Part shown: positions 52,325-64,000 of the stretch, piece after piece
Position numbering within the stretch: position 1 is the stretch's first letter
Layout: each line of letters begins with the position of its first letter
Assembly: GCF_006345805.1 (NCBI RefSeq)
Contig: NC_042997.1
Location: 139,500,001 to 139,564,000, forward strand
Direction: 5' to 3'
Origin: Octopus sinensis
Lineage: Eukaryota
Length of the DNA: 64,000 nt
Position numbers and translations under genes: made by a program
Notes under the pieces: model-generated
What the model saw: only the letters and a program-made list of their open reading frames with translations
Told to the model about the DNA's origin: nothing
The model's database searches: none

Positions 52325-53766
52325 GGCAGACATCTTTCAGATTCCATCAACCAAATCCACTCACAAGACTTGGGTCAGCCTGAGGTCATAATAGAAGATA
52401 CTTGGCCAAGGTGCCACACAATGGGACTGAACCCAGAACCATGTGGTTGGGAAGCAAGCTTCTTACCACACAACCACACCTGCACCTATATATATATATA
52501 TATAAATGAAATATTTAAGTCATAAAAATATCTTTGTAGTGTGGTTTAGTGTAGTAGTGCAATGTAGCATAGCAGTTGAAAAACTTAGCAGAGAATGCAC
52601 AGGAATCTGAAGTCCCTTTACTCAACCTATATAGTTTTGATACTACATAAAATGCACCTAGTACACACTGTAACGTGGCTAGAAAAACATCCTGTCCCAG
52701 AAACCAAACCAAGTGACATGTGCTAGCATCAGTCTATAGAAACACCAGCTCCAAAGAGGAAATAGCTCAGACCATTAAGACCTATCCAACCCATGTTAGC
52801 AGAAAAAGTAGACATAAAAATGGGAGAGGTGGTGGTGGTGGTGGTGGTGGTGGTGGTGGTGATGATGATGATGATGATCTATCCCTTGGTCTTTGGATTA
52901 GCTTTTGCCACATTTTTGCTAATATGAATTCTCTCTAGGACATTTTTAACAATAAATAGGCATCATTGAATAAAAAAAATGTTTGGTCTCGTCAGAATGT
53001 ACAAAAGACAGAGAGAGTGAAAGCTGTCAACTGCCTCAACCAATGAACGTTGTCATGTGTCAGTATAGTTAGTGTAGTGCTGTATAGTTCTTGAAGTAAT
53101 CCACTGTCTTCACAGATTTCAAAGAAATTGCTTTATGTCTCAAGGCCATTACTGAAATGTTTCAATATTAATTGTTTAAAATGGTACTTTCATATGAATG
53201 TATTTCTAGGTACTGGATGAAGGAAAGAACTTTATCAGACTTGTACATTTGTTGTTGCTGATTAGCTCTATTTCAAAATCACTTTTCAGGTCTTGGTAAA
53301 GAATTCTAACAAGTGGTGATGATGGAATGGCAGGTCAAGTAAATGCAGCAGAGTTTAACAACAACATCAAAATAACGAAAAACAGTCATCATCATTCGGC
53401 AGTGGCAATGTCATTTTTCATTATCTGCTTTCCATGCTGACATGGGTTGGACAGTTTGACAGGATCTAGCAGAGAGTGGAGCTGTGTTGAGCTCCAGAGT
53501 CAGCTCTGGCATGGATTTTACAGCTGAATGCCCTTCCTAACACCATAAACTCCACTGAGTGAACTGGATGCTTTTTTTTTTTTCATGCTACTGGCCCTAG
53601 TGAGGTCAACAAGTAACTTACAAAACAGGAAAGAGTCCTCTCAAGCAAGTAGAAAGGAGGTATTTGTGAGGGAATGGTGGCTTTATGCCAGGTGTTAAGA
53701 GGCTAAAGTATGAGAGAGTATTTCAAATGAAATACCTTCATTAAGTGTGCATTTTTAAAAGGATAC

Positions 53767-53829
53767 AGAAATTTCACGAGCTTTAGCTATTGCAATATTC
53801 TCAACCATTTTCCTTTGAAGTGTAAGAGC
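53767..53829 (-). CDS. VPS9D1: VPS9D1-like, first recognised exon (ALTLQRKMVENIAIAKAREIS)
   Basis: 63 nt, ttccttag| acceptor and |gtatcc donor, phase 0/0; resembles vertebrate VPS9D1 'LSLQRQMMENLVIAKAREE' (recalled, not searched). Confidence 0.88.
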
Positions 53830-55143
53830 CTAAGGAATAAAAACAGAAACAATTGTAATATTATTAGAAAACATATAACAAAGAAATGTAGTCTTTAATG
53901 TAAAGAATTAATATATCAGAAAAAACTTAATGCAATTTATTTATTGTATTATTATTATTACTGGAAGAATCATTAGCACACTGCACAAAATGATTAGCAG
54001 CATTTTGTCCATCTATATGTTCTGAGTTCAAATTCTGCTATGGTTGACTTTGCCTTTCATCCTTTCAGGATCAATAAAATAAGTACCAGTCAAGTACTAA
54101 GGTTAATATAACCAATTACCCCCTCCCCTCAAAATATCAAGCCCTGTATTATTATATAATACACTGAAAATTATAGTACGTTACAAGCTATGGGAACAAC
54201 AGAAAAAGCAACATCAATTATTAATGCCCATGATGTAACATATACATAACGATAATAATTAATGATTACAAATAATATATGCTTACATTGACAATTATTA
54301 ACACTTGTCCAAACTCATAAACAGACTATAAATGACAGAGAGTAGTGTTCTTCATATCAAGATACTGAGATCAAAAATATTTCTTAACCCAACTATACAA
54401 GCCTGAATATACCTATAACAACTAACAGATACTCTGTTGTGTCTGGGGAGAGTCATTTTCTTTTTATGCCTTATAATGTAACACACTCACCAGTAAAATT
54501 TCCACTTATTTCTTATTTTTATTTTCCTAAAATTTTCGTTGCATCTTGCAACCTTTTCAATAGTCTTGACTCCAAAAACGAAACTAATAGATAGTAATAA
54601 GGTGAATAAACTAGTGACTGATATTGATATATGCCGAGAGCTTTCTGCAGACAGCAACCTACATAAATATGCTGAACTAACAATTACAATGTTTTGCTAG
54701 TTTCTGCAACCCATTGCTTATTTTTCTGGTAACACATTGAACAGTTAACACACCTGGCTGTATTTACTGTAAGATAAAACTGGCTGTTAATACATATGCA
54801 TAGTCTTGACTTTATTCTTTTCAATATATTAGGTTATTTCAAATGACCCAGAGCTTGCGTTGCTTTGTTTATCTTCATTTCCAAAATAATTTTTTTAAAT
54901 GTGTGTATGAGCATGTGTGCATGCATGTATGTGTGTGCATTTGTTGTAGAAAATGTTATTATATGTCTAGCTAAGTAACCTGATCTTAAAGTTGAAAATT
55001 TCTAAATAAAGTGACTGGCTAGATATTCTAAATAAGGTGACTGGATGGATATTTGTTAATAAAAAGATAAAGCTCACATGATGTTCTTTTAGATTGGATA
55101 CTAATTTGAAAATAAAACATTTAAAGAATGTAATTATATTTCA

Positions 55144-55539
55144 CTAGCAGTATCGCCCGGCGTTGCTCGGGTTTGTAAGGGAAATAACTATATAAGCATT
55201 TTTAGAGAGTTATAGCCAAAAAATAGCAAAAAATGCATTAAAAATGGGAAAAAAATTATGGTAAATTTTTTTTTAAATCGTTGACTCATCGTAGACATTT
55301 TTAGAGAATTACTTCCCTTATATAATAGCGAAAAATGCATTAAAATGGAAAAAAATTATGGTAAATTTTTTTTTAAATCGTAGACTCATCGTAGACGCGC
55401 GCTAATACCCAGAAGGGCTTGATATGAATCATGACTATAAGATACCCGGTTTTGGTTAAACTGCACCGCAAAATGTGGGAGTAGTTAGGAATCTAAATCG
55501 TAGGAGACAGACACACAACCTCTCTTTTATATATAAAGA
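55144..55539 (-). mobile_element. Non-autonomous Helitron, copy 2 (VPS9D1 intron)
   Basis: Same termini, A/T target site and internal duplicated block as 285-664. Confidence 0.8.
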
Positions 55540-55659
55540 TTTCCTTTTTTTTGTATTTGTTTTGCATGATTCTTTTGAAACTGTGTTGAAACAAGTGTTG
55601 TTGCATCACAGGACTGTCATTTTGCCAATAAAAACACACACTAGTTCTACTTAACTTAT

Positions 55660-56030
55660 TACTAGCTCCACCTTAGCAAAGGTGGAGGTGTTGTTTTCAG
55701 TCATGCTTGTTTGTTTGTCCATAGACAAGATATCTCAAGAACCATTGGATGGATTCGGATGAAACTTTCAGGGATGTTTGGCCTTATGATTGGCACAAAC
55801 TGATTAGATTTTGGGATTGATCTGGTACCAGACAAGGATTCTGGATTATTTTTCTGTTTTTTTTTTTTACTTAATTTTTGAGAGCGGTCAGGTTCATTTT
55901 TAGTATTCTCATTTGTGAGAGCAGTCGAGTTTATTTCAGATATTCTCATTCTAAAAATCATCTCAGGCTAATCTTTGAGAGGTCGTTGGTGTTGCTTTGG
56001 CAGAGGTTTGTGCTCTCTGAGTGCTCTTGT
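55660..56030 (+). mobile_element. Helentron-associated (HINE/DINE-1-like) non-autonomous element
   Basis: 5' hairpin CTCCACCT..AGGTGGAG, 3' subterminal TTTGGCAGAGG then small hairpin GTGCTCTCTGAGTGC; family assignment from recall. Confidence 0.55.
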
Positions 56031-56059
56031 TATTATTATCTTCATTATTATTAAGGCAG

Positions 56060-56600
56060 CATTTTGGGTGTCGTGCCAAGTGTATCAATTACCACAGAAA
56101 TAAGTGTTGTCTCAGTTTTCCAGTTTCCTTAGCTCTCTGGCTAGATCCTGATATTTCTCAACGTTTTTAATTTCTTTGGTATCGACTCTGCTATCATAGG
56201 AAATTGCAAAATTTCTGATCTTACATTATTTATTTGCCCTTTATAATTAGATCTGGCCCTCTTGCTTATAGTCAGTCTTTCTGGGGATATTTCATTAGAT
56301 CCTGTAATTTTCTTTTTCTATTACAAACTCTGGTTCATGTTCATACCACTAGCCTCTTATTTTGAAACCACATATTTGGCTAACATCCCAATGCACTCTT
56401 TTGCCTACACGATCATGCCTGCATTTATACTCCTTTTGCACAAGTATACTGCACTCACTCAAAATATAATTGATGCTTTCATCTTCTTTCCTGTAGATTC
56501 TTCTTTTGCTATCTGACTGAGTTTTGTTGATCTTTGCTTCAGTGGTTAAACTCAGAGTTTCAATCTTTTGTTTCGAGTTGCTGTCTATCAACCAAAGCCA
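56060..56600 (-). mobile_element. R4/Dong-clade fragment: zinc knuckle + restriction-like endonuclease
   Basis: ESINYILSECSILVQKEYKCRHDRVGKRVHW, WYEHEPE, EKYQDLARELRKL. Confidence 0.8.
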
Positions 56601-56841
56601 GGATTCTTTATTATTATTAAGGCAGTGAGCTGGCAGAATCATTAGCATGCCAGGCAAAATGCTTAGCAGCATTTTTCCTCCGTCTTTACATTCTGAGTTC
56701 AAATTCCACTGAGGTCAACTTTGCCTTTCATCCTTTCAGGGTTGGTAAATTAAGTACCAGTAAAACACTGGGGTTGGTATAATTGACTAGTCCCCTCCCC
56801 ACAAATTTCAGGCCTTGTGCCTATAATGGAAAGGATTATTA

Positions 56842-56879
<38 letters not shown>

Positions 56880-56881
<2 letters not shown>

Positions 56882-57330
56882 CATAGTCATGGCTGATGCT
56901 AATGTCATGTAACTGGCACCCATGCCAGTGGGACGTAAAAAGCACCTTTCAAGTGTTGGGCTTTGTGGAGGCACTGTGGCCAATGCCGGTGTCATGTAAC
57001 TAGCACCCATGCTGGTGGCACATAAAAAGCATCTTTCAAGTATTGGGCTTCACAGAGGCAATGACAAATGACTAAGACCTTTGGCTATATGCCATGCTTG
57101 AGAAGACCCATCAAGCCAAGTGAAATCATAGTCATGGTAGATATTGGTGTCATGTAAAAGCACCCATTACACTTTCAGAGTGGTTGGTGTTAGGAAAGGC
57201 ATCCAGCCATAGAAACCATGCCAAAGTAGAAGGGAGCCTGGCGCAGCTTCTCAGCTTACTAGTGCTGGTCAAATCAGCCAACCCATGACAGCATGGACAA
57301 GGGATGTTAAATAATGATGATGATGATTAT
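56880..57330 (+). mobile_element. RTE 3' UTR/tail copy (shorter copies near 27230, 33915, 52640, 53390, 59430)
   Basis: 'aggaagggcatccagc...taaatgatgatgat' family motif. Confidence 0.75.
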
Positions 57331-58659
57331 TATTAATTATTATTAGTCAACTAAATGATTGAAAGCTTAAAAAATAGTTTGATCAATTAATCAAATCAGT
57401 TAGTTTGCCAAAGTTCTTTTGTCACCATTTGTGATCTCATCAATGAAGTGCCCTCAATCAGTTAATTGCTTCATTAATTAACTAGCTATGGTGGTGAACT
57501 GGCAGAAACATTAGCACACTGGACAAAGTGCTTAGCGGTATTTCGCCCATTGCTACATTCTGAGTTCAAATTCTACTGAGGTCGACTTTGTCTTTCATCC
57601 TTTCAGGGTCGATAAATTAAGTACCATTTGTGTTCTGGGGTCAATCAAATCGACTGGTCCCCTTCCCCAAAATTTCAGGCCTTGTACCTATAGCAGAAAG
57701 GATTAATTAACTAGTTGATTAATAATACTAAAAAGAAGCAAATTAGAACCAGTGTAGGTATTTTTATTAGCAAAATTACTGTCCCCAAGATACAACAACC
57801 GTGATATTATAATTCCCTCATTATTTTCAGTGAAAACTATTAATTTGCCAAAGTAATATATAAATATATACTATATTTTCTGGCATTCAAGCTGACATAG
57901 TATATATTGCAAACATATAGTGTAAACATTCAAACATTGTCACAATCTTTCCAAATCCTGCTGTGTTTTACATGGAACTGTTGGTCCAACAAGATAATCT
58001 TGATGTATAAATCAACCTATTTTCTTCTGGTTGTAAATTTTGGTCAGAAAAATGATGATGACATACAGATAAAAATATGGTAATTGTGATTTTACTGATA
58101 ATAGTTTCATGCCTTTTATTAAATTGTTGGCATCTGAGGCTTAGCCAAGTAGACATTATTGTACTTAAGTGTTATGCATGATAAAATGATAATGAACTTA
58201 TAGTATACAGTGCTCAAGTGCAATTTAAATGTAATTGGCTCCTAGCTGTTGTTTGTGTGACAATTGTTTTATCAAGTAACTCAGTGAGCACCAGTCCTGG
58301 GCATGACTTTGCATCGAGTTGTGGGGCCCTGGTTCAGGAGTTCCGTGTTTTTGAGGAGTGTGGAACCAACACTTAACTACTACTGTTCCTAGTCTACTCT
58401 GACCAAGAGCAGTAGATATCTCGTGGTTGTTGTTTAATCCTAGCAAGGTCCTTGTCAGGCAGATCTATGATCAACAGTATTCCAAAATGACCATCCTGTT
58501 ATTGCAGAAAGTATTTATCTATGACTACATTAATGAATGTGTCCATTCATTTAACTGCTATTTCTAGCTGGACAGATCAGGATATCTTCAATGTTTAAAA
58601 TAAGTTTCCAAGGGTTCAAATTCTGTGATATCTAATCCTTATAAGAAAAATAAATGTAA

Positions 58660-58970
58660 CAAAAAAGGTGACCCTCTTCGGTCATGAATGACCATGGGAT
58701 TGCACCTAGAGAGTTCCTCTCTAAGGCACAAGTCTGATCAAGGTTGTTTATGGAAGACCAGCAATCACTAATGTTATCTAAGAGAAAGGCAAAGGCTGAT
58801 ACAACTTGACACAAGTGACATAGCAAATCATTTTTACAGCTGAGTGAACTGGAGCAGCATGAAATAAAGCATCTTGCTCAAGAACACAACACACAGTCCA
58901 GTCAAGGAATCAAACTCACTACCTCATGATTGTGAGCCCAACACTCTAACCACTGAGCCATGCGTCTTCA
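58660..58970 (-). mobile_element. tRNA-headed SINE with a CORE-like head and a distinct 3' body
   Basis: Head 'gttcttgagcaagatgctttatttcatgctgctccagttcactcagctg' shared with 21880-22010. Confidence 0.7.
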
Positions 58971-60120
58971 CAAGATAAGTGCAAAAGCATGAAATATATA
59001 ATTACATTACTTTTAATTCGTATGTCACATATAGAGCAGTAAAGTGTCAAAATTGAAAATATTCTAGACCAAATGAGTTACAGAAGTGAGTTTTTATGTT
59101 TTGCCTTTATCATGCTTTGCTCCACAACTGATATATGATCAGTACTACTGATACTATTGCATTCCTTGACATGTTTGTGGTTTTGTGCCAAAATCAGAAA
59201 TCATTACATTGAAAAGCCAACAAGAGAGCTTCTACAGGGTCACTCGACCTGCTAGAAATAGCAGCCAGATCTCCCTCAGATCATAACTTATAATCTTAAA
59301 GAAAAAAAGGGAAGAACACATCAAACAATGTATTATGTTATTCAAAAAGGTGAGGTAGTCACAGCTGAAATACCTTTAAACATAGGTCTGTTCAGTGAAG
59401 GCTAAGATGAGACTAAACGCCAACAATTATGTTAATCACTGGATCTCATGGAAGCGATGACAAGTGATTGAAACCTTTGGTGATATGCTGTGCTTGAGAA
59501 GACCTGTCAAGCCAAGTGAAATCATAATTGTGGCTGGTGCTGGTGGCACATTAGAAGCACTCATGCCGGTAACGCATTAGAGGCACCCACTACACTCTTG
59601 GAATGGTTGGCATTAGGAAGGGCATCCAACCATGGAAACCAAGCCAAATCGGACTGGAATCTGATGCAAACCTTTGGCTTACAAGTTCCAGTCAAACCAT
59701 GCTAGCATGGAAAGTGGACGCTAAATGATGATGACATATAGATAAAAAAAACATCTATCCACCTACCAATATCTATCTAGCTATCTATGAATACACACAC
59801 ACACCTTATTTTACCTACAGATTAAACAATATAGTCTAATTCCTGAACTCATTTGAGTACATATTTTCACATTTTATAACGTTTTGTCCCAGAGTTATTT
59901 CCCTTGCACAATCTGTAATCCAGTACAGTTAACAAAATTTACATGCTAGGTGTTAAATTTCTTTTATCTGGTCATATCTTTCTAGTAGCTACGCATTTTT
60001 CAACGTATCTCTATATATCCTAACTGTCTATTCTCTAAGTACGAAAGTAACTGACAGTGTCTGTTAACTAGGTAACCTAATTATCAGTGGTATTGAATGT
60101 TCCAAAAGCATATTATCTGA

Positions 60121-60510
60121 AGTGGCTGCGTGGTAAGTAGCTTGCTTATGAACCACATGGTTCCGGGTTCAGTCCTACTGCATGGCACCTTGGCAAGTAT
60201 CTTTCTACTATAGCCTCAAGCCGACCAAAGCCTTGTGAGTGGATTTGGTAGACAGAAACTGAAAGAAGCCTGTCGTATATAAGTATATATATATATGTGT
60301 GTGTATGTGTTTGTGTGTCTGTGTTTGTCCCCCCAACATCTTTTGACAACCGATGCTGGTGTGTTTACGTCCCCGTAACTTAGCGATTCGGCAAACGAGA
60401 CTAATAGAATAAGTACTAGGCTTACAAAGAATAAGTCCTGGGGTTGATTTGCTTGACTAAAGGCGGTGCTCCAGCATGACCACAGTCAACTGACTGAAAC
60501 AAGTAAAAGA
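60121..60510 (+). mobile_element. Family-B tRNA-headed SINE, complete
   Basis: A/B-box head, short internal microsatellite, tail 'tgactgaaacaagtaaaaga'. Confidence 0.85.
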
Positions 60511-60529
60511 ATAAAAGAGTAAAAGAGAC

Positions 60530-60778
60530 CAATGGTCTCAGCAGGGGCCTATATGGCCCTTAGTGGTCCATATAAAATTTTGCAAAAACTTATCTGCAAT
60601 AAATTGGTTATATTCCTACAATACACAAAATATATTAATTTTTTTTATACAATTCCTAAAAAGATTTAATTATAAAAATGTAATTGGAATTTTTAAATAG
60701 TAAATGGTTATAAGGGTCCACTAAGGTAAAATATGAATTAAAGGGGTCCATAGGTGAAGAAATTGTTGAGAACCACTG
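60530..60778. mobile_element. hAT-type MITE (degenerate)
   Basis: CAATGGTCTCAGC / GTTGAGAACCACTG termini; no TSD recognised. Confidence 0.5.
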
Positions 60779-61444
60779 ACCTACATTAAACAGTAGGGAA
60801 AGGAAAAATTCAGTGAGATAATATCTCTGCAAGCAACAATGGAATTCTCTCTCTAAGTGAGGAGTAAATATGATGCTTTGTGCAAAGTGCACCATTGTAC
60901 AGTAGTAAAACATGGGCACTGAATGTGAAAGATGTTTGAAGGATGGAAAGAGATTGGATTAACATGCTCCACTGGATGTGTAATGTTTGTGTGCATGAGT
61001 GACAGAACAAATGATCTGAGAGAAAAACATAATAATTTGTGAAAAGAATAAATACTAAACATTAAAACTACCATATTTGATGGCCTATACGATACACCTT
61101 TTTTTTATCCAAAAATGGCTTTAAAAATCCCCCTGCATCCAGTGCATTCAATGTAGACTCAAAACTTGCTCAAAATAGTATGTATGCTTACAAAACATGT
61201 GCTGCCATCTATTAGTGAACAATCGCTTACGGTATGTTTATATCGAATGTGGATACAATAAATTGCTTACAATTACCGGTAATAACATAAAGTTATACAG
61301 GTAAGTGGTGGAATTAAAACATTATTTTAGTGGTAATTTATTTTACAAAAGTATAGCCTAGGCTGGGGTACATCTTATGCACTCATGCATCTTATAGGCC
61401 ATCGAAAACAGTAATTGCAAAAATATCTCTGATTGCTTCAAGCC

Positions 61445-61515
61445 AACAAGTCCACCACCCTGACAACATCCCTTCAAATATAGTGCCTTAGAACTTACCC
61501 TACATTCAAACATTT

Positions 61516-61585
<70 letters not shown>

Positions 61586-62100
61586 AGAAATATAGTCCCA
61601 TTCCCAAGAAAGTTAACCCTCTCACTTTCCTAACTATCATCTTATTGCACTCGCTTCTAATTTATCAAAGGTAATGGGGACAACTATCAACAATAACATT
61701 TTTCAATACTTGAATCTCTCTCTCTCTCCCTCTCTCCTCAATGACTACCAGTATAGCTTACATAGAGCCAAATCCACTGCGGACCTACTTTCTTGTGTTA
61801 CCCACCAGTGAGCTCTTGCTTTAGAGGACTTCAGAGAAAATCATATTGTTCCCCTAAAGATTTGACTAAACTTTTAACTATATCTGTCATGAATTTTTTA
61901 TCAAAGCTTTCTGCCTAAGAGTTCCATTCATGATAACATGTTAACAAAGTTCTTTCTGATTCACTCTTGATCACCACTGGTATGCCCCAGGTTTTGACTT
62001 TGTTCCCACTCTCTCCCTTTTATACATCAATAACCTACTTGCTATCACATCCAACAAGGTTTTTCACATTAACAGTGGATGGCTAATAATGATAATTTAC
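61445..62100 (+). mobile_element. Jockey/I-superfamily LINE RT fragment interrupted by (TC)n at 61517-61582
   Basis: IVPIPKK, IALASNLSKVM, LNDYQYS..RAKSTADLL. Confidence 0.65.
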
Positions 62101-63696
62101 AGAAAGTTGAATCACTGACTTAATCTGATGCCTTAGATATTATAGCATATTATCTATGACTTTCACCCTTTCACTGTGAAATTAAATTTAATGGCTATTC
62201 CAGTAATGATAGTGAATATTTATCAAAAATAGATATGGCATTTTCTGCAAGTCACATAACCTCAATAAACTTGACATATCTCAACAAAAAATACTTTCAA
62301 ACATGACACTTTTCAATGAAAGACAGATTGGTTATTAGGGGTAATTACATTTTGAGTGGGTCTATCCGATTTACACAATAGAAGTGTTAAGAATAGCATT
62401 AACATTACACAATCTCATTTCTTTAACCATATAGACTTTATCTATTGTGCTTATGTAAAAAAGGAACTTTATATTTAAGAAGATGTACTTGCATGCTAAG
62501 TGTTTTGATATGAAACTGTGTGTTGAAACTAAAATGAGTGCAGATTGGAAAACACACAAAAACTATTAAAATTTTCTTTGCTCAAAACTACATCCTGTTC
62601 ACAGCACAAATTTTGTGCTGTGTGTGCTGTGATCAGGTCACAGTTTCAAGTGACAAAACTTTTGACACCATATTACAAACAATAAATGTTTAAGTGAAGA
62701 TAAGTCTTTGTGTGTTTCTGAATGGCTAACTTATGTTTTCCATGATGCACTAAAATATCTGATAACATGAAATTTGTGTTGATAGACTAATATTAGATAT
62801 CTTCAAAGAAACAAATTATATTGTGCTAGATTTAGACTACAAAAGTGAAAGAAATATTACATTTAATTCATGGATGAATGGTTAGTGTTAAGTTCATTCA
62901 ACATTAAAAAAAAACTGTTGCAATAATAAAGGCAGATGTTTTTTTCATTTAAGTTTGTTTTTAATTTTTTACTGTTTAACTTTTTTCTTTACATTTAATG
63001 AGAGGAAAGTAGATAGTGAACTTTTGACTATTTAACAAGGACATCATATCCTTTTTTGCTGGGGCTCTGTGACTAGCAGGAGAAAAGACAAAAGAAATTA
63101 TAACTCATAGGCTATCCTCAAGCTGAAGATCTAGTCCAAATGCTTCTGCTAACAGCATCCAAGTTGCTATTAAACCACAGGCTAATCCTGAACAAGAAGA
63201 CTTATGATCGAGCCCCAACATTTTTAGGAATATGCATGACTATATTATCTAATGTGTCCTTGCTTTGTTTTTTACAATAGTAAAGTCTGATATGGACATT
63301 TGGCTGCTATTTCTAGTAGGTCAAACGACCTCATAGAGACTTCCTACAAAATTTAGTGTCAATTTCATCAACTATAACCTGCCTAGCATAGTTGCGTACT
63401 AGTGTCAATGCAAGAAATTGATATATAGTTTCATCCTTTACATTGTAAGTTCAAATCCCACTGGTCTCAAGTCTGCTTTCTTTTTCTTCACCTTGGAGGA
63501 ATGAAAAATATCAATTATAAATAGAGAGTTTCAATTCACTACAGCTCTTGTATTAATATGGAAACTTAAACTTTTTTAATATTTTAACCTCCAATTTCAA
63601 TTCTGCTCAGTCAACTTTTGCCTTTCATCCATCCTTGGTTTATAAATTTAATACCAAACATAGCCTATGGTGGATCAGTTTATGGGTATCCCACAA

Positions 63697-63930
63697 GGCG
63701 GCGAGCTGGCAGAAACGTTAGCACGCCGGGCGAAATGCTTAGCGGTATTTCGTCTGCGTTACGTTGTGAGTTCAAATTCCGCCGAGGTCGACTTTGCCTT
63801 TCATCCTTTCGGGGTCGATAAATTAAGTACCAGTTACGCACTGGGGTCGATGTAATCGACATAATACCTATGTCTGTCCTTGTTTGTCCCCTCTGTGTTT
63901 AGCCCCTTGTGGGTAATAAAGAAATAGGTA
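63697..63930 (+). mobile_element. Family-C tRNA-headed SINE, young copy (others at ~41470, 46485, 48390, 53960, 56620, 57490)
   Basis: GAGTTCAAATTCC B-box; core 'gcctttcatcctttcggggtcgataaattaagtaccag'. Confidence 0.85.
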
Positions 63931-64000
63931 TCCCACTGTGTGGCACCTTAGCAACAGATAGCCTCAGGCAGGGCCGGCTCAAGGTACTGGCAGCTCTGGC

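Overview
AT-rich, microsatellite-laden animal genomic DNA, most likely a coleoid cephalopod such as Octopus (inferred from the SINE/RTE families and the (TA)n/(GATA)n load; not verified by a search). One host gene is supported: a minus-strand VPS9D1-like (VPS9-domain Rab GEF) gene. I traced 9 GT-AG exons with matching intron phases from 53829 down to the stop at 30792 (1629 nt, 542 aa). Its N-terminal exons were not found and probably lie beyond 64000. The rest is transposon debris: RTE, R4/Dong and Jockey/I-type LINEs; Penelope-like (RT + GIY-YIG) fragments; Ty3/gypsy gag/integrase remnants and a solo LTR; mariner, maT, Tigger-like, piggyBac, Merlin-like and hAT-like elements; two copies of a non-autonomous Helitron; a Helentron-type element; several tRNA-headed SINE families; and a 47-bp minisatellite. 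The most notable signals are minimal type-I hammerhead ribozyme motifs (one with a perfect core at 148-230), repeatedly close to fold-back palindromes and Penelope remnants, and SINEs that swap head, core and tail modules. These fit known Penelope/retrozyme and SINE biology. I see no convincing wholly new system. There is no CRISPR array, rRNA gene or true tRNA gene.
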